From: Cenarchaeum sp.
GTDB lineage: Archaea > Thermoproteota > Nitrososphaeria > Nitrososphaerales > Nitrosopumilaceae
Assembly: GCA_965206845.1 (NCBI GenBank)
Contig: OZ242221.1
Span: forward strand, 32,001-96,000
Direction: 5' to 3'
DNA: 64,000 nucleotides
Shown here in pieces: positions 48,680 through 60,639 of the stretch. The notes beneath the pieces were generated by a model. That model saw nothing but the letters and a program-made list of their open reading frames with translations. It was not told the origin of the DNA and made no database searches. Position numbers and translations under genes: made by a program. The stretch's first letter is position 1, and every line of letters begins with the position of its first letter.

Positions 48680-49731
48680 GGATCCTGCCTGGCAAAGTGG
48701 GCCTCCAGTTTGGCCTTCTTCTCTGCCATGTGAAATATCTCTTCTGTGTGCGCCGAGGCTTCGCCATAAGGGCGCCCAAAGAGCATGGCCTGCATCAGGA
48801 GGTGGTTCTCTGGAATCACGATGCCGGTCTGATCATCGGAGTACATCATTTGGAGTGTGTCGCCAGCAGAGACGGTCATGTTTGCATGTATGTGGATCAT
48901 GTTTGTGTCCTTGAAGCTGAACTCCATCGAGTCGGCAAACTCCCTGACATCCGCGGTGCCCTTGGCAGTCCAAAGGGTCGCCACACCGTACTCGTCTTGG
49001 AATATGCCGTGTATGTCGTCTGGCGCCGGCGCGTCGCCGTCAAACCTGACATCAACTATGTGCAGGTGCATCTGCCTGCTGGGAACCTTGATTGCGCGCA
49101 CAAAGAGCGGCGCATCGCGGCCCAGATATGCCTTAACGTCCTCGCCGTGGTGCGGACTTGCGGTCATCTCGATGGTGTCCCGCAGCTGCATGTCGGTCTG
49201 CTCGATGTCCGCCCATCGCCTTATGAGGGTGACGTCGATTCTCCTGAGGCCCTTGCCGTACCTCTCCTTGAGCGGCGAGAGCACCCTTCCCATGCCCGTA
49301 ACGTTGCAGCTGCCCTGCATCGCGTGTCTTTGCCCAAACGCCTCGCGGTAGTTGGAGCGGGAGTTGAACAGCAGGTCTGCTACTGCGCGCTCGCCGTACA
49401 CGGTCTCGCCGCCCTGGTATATGGCGCAGAGCCCCCGCGGCTCGTAGAGCTGAGTCCTGTTGCGGTATCCGTGGCCGCCAGGTGACGCGTCGATGACCAG
49501 ATCGCAGCCGTCCAGTGCGGACTCGATGGTGCCTGCAATCTGGTACCCGTCAAAGTCGTCTGTCTTTGCCTTTGGGACGTATACCGGCAGGCCCCGGGAC
49601 GCAGCCAGTTCCACCCTGGCATCAGGCGAATATTTGCCAATCCCCACCAGCGCGACCTCCGGATCATCCTTTAGGAACGCAGATATCCTGCTTCCTATGG
49701 ATCCGTACCCGTTGACAAAGACCCGTTTCAT
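48676..49731 (-). CDS. gap: archaeal type II glyceraldehyde-3-phosphate dehydrogenase
   Basis: VNGYGSIG, YQGGE, SCNVTG, IRRWAD, SPHHG.D, IPEN. Confidence 0.92.
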   Translation of the reverse strand: MKRVFVNGYGSIGSRISAFLKDDPEVALVGIGKYSPDARVELAASRGLPVYVPKAKTDDFDGYQIAGTIESALDGCDLVIDASPGGHGYRNRTQLYEPRGLCAIYQGGETVYGERAVADLLFNSRSNYREAFGQRHAMQGSCNVTGMGRVLSPLKERYGKGLRRIDVTLIRRWADIEQTDMQLRDTIEMTASPHHGEDVKAYLGRDAPLFVRAIKVPSRQMHLHIVDVRFDGDAPAPDDIHGIFQDEYGVATLWTAKGTADVREFADSMEFSFKDTNMIHIHANMTVSAGDTLQMMYSDDQTGIVIPENHLLMQAMLFGRPYGEASAHTEEIFHMAEKKAKLEAHFARQDP

Positions 49732-49965
49732 ACACCGGGGAACATCTATGCCACTTATAGTATTATGTGGGTCAGGCGTATTCGGAGAGGAGGTGTTTGT
49801 GGTCATGTTTGATAGCCTGACTACCGGCGCACCTCTCTGATCAGTATATCTCCTTGTTGAAAATGCCTGATATGGTGCTCAAATTCAGTTGGCATGCCTA
49901 GTCTGGCCTGATTTTGGAGCCATTAGGCGTGACTGGAAATAATTAGGAAACAGAGTCAAGCATTC

Positions 49966-50165
49966 TATAGCGCCGACTAAAAGTTCTTGCAGAATTCACG
50001 AATCACTTCAGTCAGGCTTCCCTGCAAAGCCACATGCCAGAACGTTATGTCTGCCAAGATTAGGAACGGATTAGGCGGCAATTGTCAATGGCCGGTGTCC
50101 ATGTTTGAGACAAGCGTGATCGAGGCCAGCGGCATACTCTGCAGGAACTTTCGATCGGCGCCATA
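49966..50165. mobile_element. 200-bp IS630-type MITE
   Basis: tatagcgccgactaaaagttcttgcagaat vs reverse complement of actctgcaggaactttcgatcggcgccata (about 24/30); TA at both ends. Confidence 0.8.
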
Positions 50166-50183
50166 TATCAATAAATAGTTCCC

Positions 50184-53100
50184 TTGAATATGTCTATTAT
50201 GCGGAATAGTTCCCGCCGCGCGGGATATGCTAGCCGCATTGATCGGCACTGCCCGCCCAAGACGACTGCCATCATCTCCGCGGCCATCGCACTGGCCATC
50301 CTGATGACTACGGTGGGCGAGGCCGCCGCGCAGTCAGACACCACCTCGTTTGTCACCACCTGGCGGACGACCGCCGTCAACGACATCATCACCCTGCCGA
50401 TCCACGGCACCAACATGGCCATCTCCTGGGGTGACGGCACCACTACCACCGGGGCCTCCGGACCGACCGACCACACCTACGGGACCCCAGGCAGCCACAC
50501 CATCTCGGTCTCCGGCGGCCTGACGCGCATCAACATCAACGGCCACGCCGACGCACCCAAACTCATCTCGATAGACCAGTGGGGCAACTCCTCCTGGACC
50601 AACATGAGGGACGCCTTCCGCGGAGCCTCCAACATGGTCTATAACGCCATCGATGCCCCCGACCTGAGCAAGGTCACCAACATGCTCAACATGTTCAACG
50701 GTGCTTCCTCCTTCAACGGCAACATCACCAACTGGGACACCTCGTCGGTTATTGACATAAGCTCCATGTTCCACGGCGCCACCGTCTTCAACCAGCCCCT
50801 CGACTGGGACACCTCGAAGGTCATCGGCATGAGAGAAGTGTTCCGCAACGCCCAAGCCTTCAACCAGTCCCTCGACTGGGACACCTCGAAGGTCGACAGG
50901 ACGAGCGCCATGTTCAGCGGCGCCTCCTCCTTCAACGGCAACATCACCAACTGGGACACCTCGAGGGTCACCCACATGATCAGAATGTTCGACGGCGCCA
51001 CCGCCTTCAACCAACCCCTCGACTGGGACACCTCGCGGGTAACCGACATGAACAACATGTTCAGGAGCGCCTCCTCCTTCAACGGCAGCATCACCAACTG
51101 GGACACCTCGCGGGTCACCGACATGAACAGCATGTTCAGGAGCGCCTCCTCCTTCAACCAGCCCCTCGACTGGAACACCTCGGAGGTCACCAGCATGTCC
51201 CGCATGTTCAGCGGCGCCTCCTCCTTCAACGGCAACATCACCAACTGGGACACCTCGAAGGTCACCAACATGAACCTCATGTTCTTCTTCGCCTCCTCCT
51301 TCAACCAACCCCTCTCAACCTGGAACGTCTCCTCGGTCACCACATGAACAGCATGTTCAACCTCGCCATCGCCTTCAACCAGCCCCTCGACTGGGACACC
51401 TCGAAGGTCACCGGCATGAGCACCATGTTCCACGGCGCCTCCTCCTTCAACGGCACCATCACCGACTGGGACACCTCGAAGGTCACCAGCATGTCAGAAA
51501 TGTTCAGCGGCGCCTCCTCCTTCAACCAGCCCCTCGACTGGGACACCTCGAAGGTCACCAGCATGTCCCGCATGTTCAGCGGCGCCTCCTCCTTCAACGG
51601 CACCATCACCGACTGGGACACCTCGAAGGTCACCCGCATGGACTACATGTTCAACGGCGCCTCCTCCTTCAACGGCACCATCACCGACTGGGACACCTCG
51701 AAGGTCACCCGCATGAACAACATGTTCGCCGGCGCCTCCTCCTTCAACGGCACCATCACCGACTGGGACACCTCGAAGGTCACCCACATGAACAACATGT
51801 TCGCCGGCGCCTCCTCTTTCGACCAACCACTGGGTTCTTGGGACGTCTCGTCTGCGCTTGACATGAACGACATGTTCAACGGCGCCGACGCCTTTGACCA
51901 GAACCTAGGCGCCTGGTACATTATGCTTGACAGCACAGCAATCGACAGGACAGTCATTCCCGGCACGGTCGGTGAGATATCTTCGCAGAACCGATTTCTG
52001 AACGACCAGGGGCCCGCCTATGACCCCGTGTCCAACATCGACTCGACAAGGTTTGCCATCGACTCCAATCTACTCAAAATGACATCTATCACGCCGGCAA
52101 AGGCCACCTACATAGTCAACATCACTGCAACCGGGCCCAACGTCTTTGAGAGCGACAACAACTGGCGCGCCTTCAATGTGACCGTGAACGGGGACGTGGT
52201 CCTGCCGGCCCCGACCCTGAGCACCACTGCGACATCGCCAACCAACGCCGCCTCCGTCACCGTCACCGTCGACTTCGGAGAGGCCATCAACGCCGCCACC
52301 TTTGACCTGAGCGACGACGTGGCCGTCACCGGCGGAACCGCCTCGTCCCTGTCCCACCAGTCCGGCAACCAGATCTTCACCTTCACCATCACCCCGTCCG
52401 CCGACGGGCAGGTGACCGCCTCCATCCCCGCCGGCAGCGTCACGGACCCCGCCGGCAACGGCAACACCGCATCCAACGTGCTGCGCGTCACCTCCGACAG
52501 GACAGCGCCCGGCCCCACCCTGTCGACTGACGCGGACTCCCCGACCAACTCCGCCTCCATCACCGTCACCGTCGACTTCGGCGAGGCTGTCAACGCCGCC
52601 ACCTTCACGCTGGATGACATCTCCGTCACCGGCGGGGACGCCTCTGGCCTGGCCCAGGAGGGCGCGACGACCCAAAAATACACATTCACCGTCACCCCGA
52701 GCTCCGACGGCCAGCTGACAGTCACGATCCCCGCCGACAGCGTCAAGGACCCCGCCGGCAACAACAACACCGCCTCCGGCCAGCTGCCCGTGACCTTCGA
52801 CAGGACTACCCCCGGCCCCACCCTGTCGACTGACGCGGCCTCCCCGACCAACGCGGCATCGGTCACCGTGGCAGTAGACTTTGGCGAGCCGATCGACGAC
52901 GCCACCTTCACGCTGGATGACATCTCCGTCACCGGCGGGGACGCCTCTGGCCTGGCCCAGGAGGGCGTGACGACCCAAAAATACACATTCACCGTCACCC
53001 CGAGCTCCGACGGCCAGCTGACCGTCACGATCCCCGCCGACAGCGTCAAGGACCCCGCCGGCAACAGCAACACCGTCTCCAACGTGCTGCGCGTCACCTT

Positions 53101-56100
53101 CGACAGGACTACCCACGTCCCCGCCCTGTCGACTGACGCGGCCTCCCCGACCAACGCGGCATCGGTCACCGTGGCAGTAGACTTTGGCGAGCCGATCGAC
53201 GACGCCACCTTCACGCTGGATGACATCTCCGTCACCGGCGGGGACGCCTCTGGCCTGGCCCAGGAGGGCGTGACGACCCAAAAATACACATTCACCGTCA
53301 CCCCGAGCTCCGACGGCCAGCTGACCGTCACGATCCCCGCCGACAGCGTCAAGGACCCCGCCGGCAACAGCAACACCGTCTCCAACGTGCTGCGCGTCAC
53401 CTTCGACAGGACTACCCACGTCCCCGCCCTGTCGACTGACGCGGCCTCCCCGACCAACGCGGCATCGGTCACCGTGGCAGTAGACTTTGGCGAGCCGATC
53501 GACGACGCCACCTTCACGCTGGATGACTCTGGCCTGGCCCAGGAGGGCGTCTCCGTCACCGGCGGGGACGCCTCTGGCCTGGCCCAGGAGGGCGTGACGA
53601 CCCAAAAATACACATTCACCGTCACCCCGAGCTCCGACGGCCAGCTGACCGTCACGATCCCCGCCGACAGCGTCAAGGACCCCGCCGGCAACAGCAACAC
53701 CGTCTCCAACGTGCTGCGCGTCACCTTCGACAGGACTACCCACGTCCCCGCCCTGTCGACTGACGCGGCCTCCCCGACCAACGCGGCATCGGTCACCGTG
53801 GCAGTAGACTTTGGCGAGCCGATCGACGACGCCACCTTCACGCTGGATGACATCTCCGTCACCGGCGGGGACGCCTCTGGCCTGGCCCAGGAGGGCGTGA
53901 CGACCCAAAAATACACATTCACCGTCACCCCGAGCTCCGACGGCCAGCTGACCGTCACGATCCCCGCCGACAGCGTCAAGGACCCCGCCGGCAACAGCAA
54001 CACCGTCTCCAACGTGCTGCGCGTCACCTTCGACAGGACTACCCACGTCCCCGCCCTGTCGACTGACGCGGCCTCCCCGACCAACGCGGCATCGGTCACC
54101 GTGGCAGTAGACTTTGGCGAGCCGATCGACGACGCCACCTTCACGCTGGATGACATCTCCGTCACCGGCGGGGACGCCTCTGGCCTGGCCCAGGAGGGCG
54201 GACGACCCAAAAATACACATTCACCGTCACCCCGAGCTCCGACGGCCAGCTGACCGTCACGATCCCCGCCGACAGCGTCAAGGACCCCGCCGGACGCGGC
54301 CAATACACATTCACCGTCACCCCGAGCTCCGACGGCCAGCTGACCGTCACGATCCCCGCCGACAGCGTCAAGGACCCCGCCGGCAACAACAACACCGCCT
54401 CCGGCCAGCTGCCCGTGACCTTCGACAGGACTACCCCCGGCCCCACCCTGTCGACTGACGCGGCCTCCCCGACCAACGCGGCATCCGTCACCGTGACAGT
54501 CGACTTTGGCGAGCCGATCGACGCCGCCACCTTCACGCTGGATGACATCTCCGTCACCGGCGGGGACGCCTCTGGCCTGGCCCAGGAGGGCGCGACGACC
54601 CAAAAATACACATTCACCGTCACCCCGAGCTCCGACGGCCAGCTGACCGTCACGATCCCCGCCGACAGCGTCAAGGACCCCGCCGGCAACAACAACACCG
54701 CCTCCGGCCAGCTGCCCGTGACCTTCGACAGGACTACCCCCGTCCCCGCCCTGTCGACTGACGCGGCCTCCCCGACCAACGCGGCATCCGTCACCGTGGC
54801 AGTCGACTTTGGCGAGCCGATCGACGCCGCCACCTTCACGCTGGATGACATCTCCGTCACCGGCGGGGACGCCTCTGGCCTGGCCCAGGAGGGCGCGACG
54901 ACCCAAAAATACACATTCACCGTCACCCCGAGCTCCGACGGCCAGCTGACCGTCACGATCCCCGCCGACAGCGTCAAGGACCCCGCCGGCAACAACAACA
55001 CCGCCTCCGGCCAGCTGCCCGTGACCTTCGACAGGACTACCCCCGTCCCCCGCACGATCCCCGCCGACAGCGTCAAGGACCCCGCCGGCAACAACAACAC
55101 CGCCTCCGGCCAGCTGCCCAGGACCTTCGACAGGACTACCCACGTCCCCGCCCTGTCGACTGACGCGGCCTCCCCGACCAACGCGGCATCGGTCACCGTG
55201 GCAGTAGACTTTGGCGAGCCGATCGACGACGCCACCTTCACGCTGGATGACATCTCCGTCACCGGCGGGGACGCCTCTGGCCTGGCCCAGGAGGGCGCGA
55301 CGACCCAAAAATACACATTCACCGTCACCCCGAGCTCCGACGGCCAGCTGACCGTCACGATCCCCGCCGACAGCGTCAAGGACCCCGCCGGCAACAGCAA
55401 CACCGTCTCCAACGTGCTGCGCGTCACCTTCGACAGGACTACCCACGTCCCCGCCCTGTCGACTGACGCGGCCTCCCCGACCAACGCGGCATCGGTCACC
55501 GTGGCAGTAGACTTTGGCGAGCCGATCGACGACGCCACCTTCACGCTGGATGACATCTCCGTCACCGGCGGGGACGCCTCTGGCCTGGCCCAGGAGGGCG
55601 TGACGACCCAAAAATACACATTCACCGTCACCCCGAGCTCCGACGGCCAGCTGACCGTCACGATCCCCGCCGACAGCGTCAAGGACCCCGCCGGCAACAG
55701 CAACACCGCCTCAAACCCGTTATCGACCAGCCGTAACCTTCGACAGGGTGGCCTTCAGCCACCTTCACGCCCCGCTGACCAACTCCGCCTCGGCCACCAT
55801 AAGGACTTTGGCGAACCGATCGACGACGCCACCTTCACGCTGGATGACATCTCCGTCACCGGCGGGGACGCCCTGGCCTGGCCCAGGAGGGCGCGACGAC
55901 CCAAAAATACACATTCACCGTCACCCCGAGCTCCGACGGCCAGCTGACCGTCACGATCCCCGCCGACAGCGTCAAGGACCCCGCCGGCAACAACAACACC
56001 GCCTCCGGCCAGCTGCCCGTGACCTTCGACAGGACTACCCCCGGCCCCACCCTGTCGACTGACGCGGCCTCCCCGACCAACGCGGCATCCGTCACCGTGA

Positions 56101-58654
56101 CAGTCGACTTTGGCGAGCCGATCGACGCCGCCACCTTCACGCTGGATGACATCTCCGTCACCGGCGGGGACGCCTCTGGCCTGGCCCAGGAGGGCGCGAC
56201 GACCCAAAAATACACATTCACCGTCACCCCGAGCTCCGACGGCCAGCTGACCGTCACGATCCCCGCCGACAGCGTCAAGGACCCCGCCGGCAACAACAAC
56301 ACCGCCTCCGGCCAGCTGCCAGTGACCTTCGACAGGACTACCCCCGTCCCCGCCCTGTCGACTGACGCGGCCTCCCCGACCAACGCGGCATCCGTCACCG
56401 TGGCAGTCGACTTTGGCGAGCCGATCGACGCCGCCACCTTCACGCTGGATGACATCTCCGTCACCGGCGGGGACGACCCAAAAATACACATTCACCTCTC
56501 CGACGGCCAGGCGCTGGCCCAGGAGGGCCGACGACCCAAAAATACACATTCACCGTCACCCCGAGCTCCGACGGCCAGCTGACCGTCACGATCCCCGCCG
56601 ACAGCGTCAAGGACCCCGCCGGCAACAACAACACCGCCTCCGGCCAGCTGCCCGTGACCTTCGACAGGACTACCCCCGGCCCCACCCTGTCGACTGACGC
56701 GGCCTCCCCGACCAACGCGGCATCCGTCACCGTGACAGTCGACTTTGGCGAGCCGATCGACGCCGCCACCTTCACGCTGGATGACATCTCCGTCACCGGC
56801 GGGGACGCCTCTGGCCTGGCCCAGGAGGGCGCGACGACCCAAAAATACACATTCACCGTCACCCCGAGCTCCGACGGCCAGCTGACCGTCACGATCCCCG
56901 CCGACAGCGTCAAGGACCCCGCCGGCAACAACAACACCGCCTCCGGCCAGCTGCCAGTGACCTTCGACAGGACGTCCCCGGCCCCGTCCCTGGCCACCGA
57001 CACCCCCTCTCTGACCAATGCTACCTCCGTCACCGTCGACTTCGGCGAGGCTATAGATGCCTCCACGTTTGCCATCTCGGACGTATCGGTCACCGGCGGG
57101 AATGCCACGAGCCTTGCCCACTCCTCGGCCAACCAGACATTCACCTTCACCCTGATGCCTGACGGCGACGGCGAGGGCGATGTGACTGCCGTAATCCCCG
57201 CCGGCAGCGTCACGGACCCCGCCGGCAACGACAACACCGCCTCCAACATCCTGTCGGTGACCCTCAAGCCGAATGTGGGATGTTTGGAGTATGTGTCATA
57301 CCCCAACAACCCGCCGGTCGTTGATGTGGGTGGAAGCATCACCGTAGCGGAGGGCGAGACCGGTACGCTCCGGGCCACGGTTACCGACATGGACGGCGAT
57401 GATGTGGAGACGATATGGTTTCACTGGAGTCTAGATAATGCGATCATCACCATCGCAGACCCCGAAAGCCTGGTCACGGAGTTTACTGCCCCGTACGTAG
57501 ATAGCGATACGGTCACATACGCGACACTATACGCATGTGACGGCATACACACCGGCGTCGGCAATGATGTCGTACGCATCACCATCACCGACATCCCGGA
57601 GCCGCCAGAGCCGCCCACGCCGCCCCAACTCCCGCCACCGGTACAGGAGCCGGCATACAACGAGTCACCATCCGCGGATGCCGGTGCGGGCTTTACAATC
57701 AACGAGGGCGCCACCGGCCAGCTGCAGGGCACGGCGACCGATCCCGACAACGACCCACTCACCATGGAGTGGTACCAAACCCCCACCTGGCCACTCCTGA
57801 CCCTGACGAATGCATCCGACCCGCGCACGACGATAGTCGCGCCGCAGGTGGACGGGGACACCACCATCACGCTGATACTGTCGGTTTCAGACGGCGACTA
57901 CACCGTGACCGACCAGGTCCGAATCACCATCACCGGCATCCCGGAGTCGCTGGAATCGTCGGAATCAACCACGCCGCCCCAACTCCCGCCACCGGTACAG
58001 GAGTCGGCATACAACGAGCCACCATCCGCGAATGCCGGTGCGGACTTTACAATCAACGAGGGCGCCACCGGCCAGCTGCAGGGCACGGCGACCGATCCCG
58101 ACAACGGCCCACTCACCATAGAGTGGTACCAAACCCCCACCTGGCCACTCCTGACCCTGACGAATGCATCCGACCCGCGCACGGCGATAGTCGCGCCGCA
58201 GGTGGACGGGGACACCACCATCACGCTGATACTGTCGGTTTCAGACGGCGACTACACCGTGACCGACCAGGTCCGAATCACCATCACCGACATCCCGGAG
58301 CCGCCGGAACCGTCGGAATCAACCACGCCGCCCCAACTCCCGCCACCGGTACAGGAGCCGGCATACAACGAGCCACCATCCGCGGATGCCGGTACGGACT
58401 TTACAATCAACGAGGGCGCCACCGGCCAGCTGCAGGGCACGGCAACCGATCTCGACAACGGCCCACTCACCATAGAGTGGTACCAAACCCCCACCTGGCC
58501 ACCCCTGACCCTGACTAATGCCTCCGACCCGCGCACGACGATAGTCGCGCCGCAGGTGGACGGGGACACCACCATCATGCTGATACTGTCAGTTTCGGAC
58601 GGCGACTACACCGTGAACGACCGGGTCCAAATCACCATCATCGATACCGGATAG
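50184..58654 (+). CDS. giant secreted surface protein: DUF285 array + cadherin-like + about 16 Ig-like repeats + PKD-like repeats; several frame breaks (pseudogene or assembly error)
   Basis: Domains continue seamlessly across ORFs 50184-51347, 51344-54253, 54415-55947, 56019-56582, 56654-58654; hydrophobic signal-like N-terminus; exact start codon uncertain. Confidence 0.8.
50660..51920 (+). repeat. about 17 DUF285 repeats of two lengths (75 and 72 bp)
   Basis: FNG(N/S/T)IT(N/D)WDTS and FNQPLDWDTS units. Confidence 0.9.
52200..57265 (+). repeat. 303-bp near-identical tandem repeats encoding Ig-like (Big_12-like) domains
   Basis: caggactacc at 52801 and 53104 (303 bp apart); unit FTVTPSSDGQLTVTIPADSVKDPAGN. 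Confidence 0.92.
57575..58650 (+). repeat. three about 354-bp repeats: Pro-rich linker + PKD/REJ-like domain
   Basis: PPQLPPPVQE.AYNE.PSA.AG..FTINEGATGQLQGTATD x3. Confidence 0.9.
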
Positions 58655-59131
58655 CCCTCCGCCACCATCTCCACCGTAATCCGACACGGAGCTATCCGTA
58701 CATGAACCGCTCACGTACAACTAACAGCCAGCCGTGGAGGCCGGTGCGGCGCGGGGGGAAGACCCCGGGCCGCGTCCGGGGGCAGTCTTTTTGCGCCTTC
58801 GCGTAAACCGGATCGCCGCACCAGGATGTCACGGGAATGATGCATGCCATGTGCCTGACGCGTGCCATGCGTCTCGGCGCAGAAAGGCTGCGCGGGGTGT
58901 TTTCCCAAACGCTAGATATGGATTGATGGAATTGATGTCTTATTCACCGCAACCATGTGCCACTCCAGAACAGCCATGCGCCCAGGCTGGCGCCGGACTT
59001 CTTGGTTCCCCACGCAGAGACGGCGTCATCCGCTACATTCGCGGCAAAGTCCTGTCCCGACTCCCGCCAAACGTGTCAGTCACGGTGTCGCGGCATTCGG
59101 CATTCGTTGGAGCGGCGGTAGGCGCACCTAT

Positions 59132-59280
59132 GTTAAAACATCCGGTCATAGTCAAGCGTTGATTCCGTTTGACTTCTGATCCACGCCTAGGTTACGCGCG
59201 TGCAACTTTAAAGCTACCGCTAGGGACTGGATTGCAGAAAATCCTGATGCAGGACAGGCCTGACTGGCCGGCCCGTGCAC
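59132..59280 (-). ncRNA. candidate bridge/seek RNA
   Basis: Non-coding region 3' of the IS110 recombinase with hairpins (GGAUU/AAUCC, CACGC/GCGUG, GUCAA/UUGAC); function inferred from family knowledge only. Confidence 0.45.
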
Positions 59281-60360
59281 CTACTGCAGGACCTTCTTCA
59301 TCCGTTTCAGCTTTCTGGCATATCGGTCTGCGTTGCGGGACTCGTACGGTTCCTTGGCAGTCAGCATCTTCCAGATGATCCTCACCATCTTGTTTGCCAC
59401 GTGCGTTATGGCAATCGGGTGGTTGCCACCGTGCCTTGTCTTGGCATTTTGATAGAACCACTTTAGCCTATCGTCATAGCGCACCGCCACGTTGGCGGCC
59501 TGGATCATTATCCAGTTTACCCTCCGGTTTGACGCCTTTTTCATGCGGCCGTAATGCGTCACGTTGCCGGACTGGTAGACCCGCGGACACATCCCGGTCC
59601 ATGAGACCAGCCTGTCTGCGGTCTTGAACCTGGTGATGTCGCCAATCTCAGATACCAGCAGCATTGCGGCAAACGTCTCTATGCCAGTCATGCTCATCAG
59701 CAGTTTCGCGTTCTCGTTGACTGCGGCCTGCAGGTCTATCTCTGCCTCGATGCATGTTATCTCCTCTGTGGCATGTGCAATCCTTTTGACGCAGTTTTGC
59801 AGGATCATGTCATCGTTTGGCTTCTTGAGGCGTATCTGCGAAAGCAGCCTGACGGCTTTTTTGCTATACATCCTTGAGACGTCTGGCGTCACGTCGTACT
59901 TGTCAAGCAGGCTGTGCGTGTAGTTGACCAGGGCGGTCCTTGCCTGGACCATGCTTATCCTGTACCTGAGCAGTTCCCTGGCATCGCGCAGATCCGGCGG
60001 TGCCACGTAGCATTCTGGAATGATTCCCACGCGCAGCGCGTTTGCAATCTTTTGCGCGTCGATGGGATCCGTCTTGACGTCGGTGTCCGATATTATCTTC
60101 ATCCTGTACGTGTTGGCAAGCTTGATCGGTATCCCGGACTCTTCAAACGCCTCAAACGTCTTGAGCCACATGTTTGCAGTCGATTCGCACGCGGCCTGGC
60201 ATCGTCCCTTCCCGCCGTATTCTTTTTTCATCCTGCGCGCAAACTCTTTTGCGTCTTCCAGCGTGTTCTTGTATGACGTCCTCTCCAGCACGCCTCCCTT
60301 GCCGTCCACTACGCATACTATGCATTTTCCTTTACCAATGTCTATTCCTATGTTTCTCAT
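59281..60360 (-). CDS. IS110 DEDD recombinase/transposase, intact
   Basis: GIDIGK, CESTA, KTDPIDA, MTGIE, GMCP.VYQSG (catalytic Ser); AGGAGGTG Shine-Dalgarno before the ATG at 60360. Confidence 0.95.
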   Translation of the reverse strand: MRNIGIDIGKGKCIVCVVDGKGGVLERTSYKNTLEDAKEFARRMKKEYGGKGRCQAACESTANMWLKTFEAFEESGIPIKLANTYRMKIISDTDVKTDPIDAQKIANALRVGIIPECYVAPPDLRDARELLRYRISMVQARTALVNYTHSLLDKYDVTPDVSRMYSKKAVRLLSQIRLKKPNDDMILQNCVKRIAHATEEITCIEAEIDLQAAVNENAKLLMSMTGIETFAAMLLVSEIGDITRFKTADRLVSWTGMCPRVYQSGNVTHYGRMKKASNRRVNWIMIQAANVAVRYDDRLKWFYQNAKTRHGGNHPIAITHVANKMVRIIWKMLTAKEPYESRNADRYARKLKRMKKVLQ

Positions 60361-60639
60361 CCTTTCTCTCACCTCCTTGCGGATTGTTTTTGGCGGATCG
60401 GAAGCTGCAATCACCTATCAGTGCGCGGAGCACAGGAACACAGCAGCTCGGATTGCCCCATTCAAAGGGAAGTGCGCGAAGCACATGGTTTACTAGGGGT
60501 CGATCCACTGCCATGACTACGACGAAGATGTTTTTCCATGTGTTCAAAGGTTGCTGTGGCTGGCAGAACAAGCAGCCTGACGGAAACGGGCCTGAAAAGT
60601 AGGGCGGGCAGGCTTGAAAAATAATAACGGATCACTTCT

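Larger units (their letters stand above)
59125..60418 (-). mobile_element. IS110-family element (IS1111-like layout)
   Basis: Direct repeat cacctat at 59125-59131 and 60412-60418; about 50-bp upstream and about 150-bp downstream non-coding ends. Confidence 0.8.

Noticed and set aside
52070-55706. Very long minus-strand ORFs (716-1167 aa)
   Set aside because: Antisense frames of the Ig-repeat array with no independent coding signal.
60361-60414. GTG-initiated 18-aa extension of the IS110 recombinase
   Set aside because: It lies in the element's left end; a strong Shine-Dalgarno precedes the ATG at 60360 (MRNIGID).
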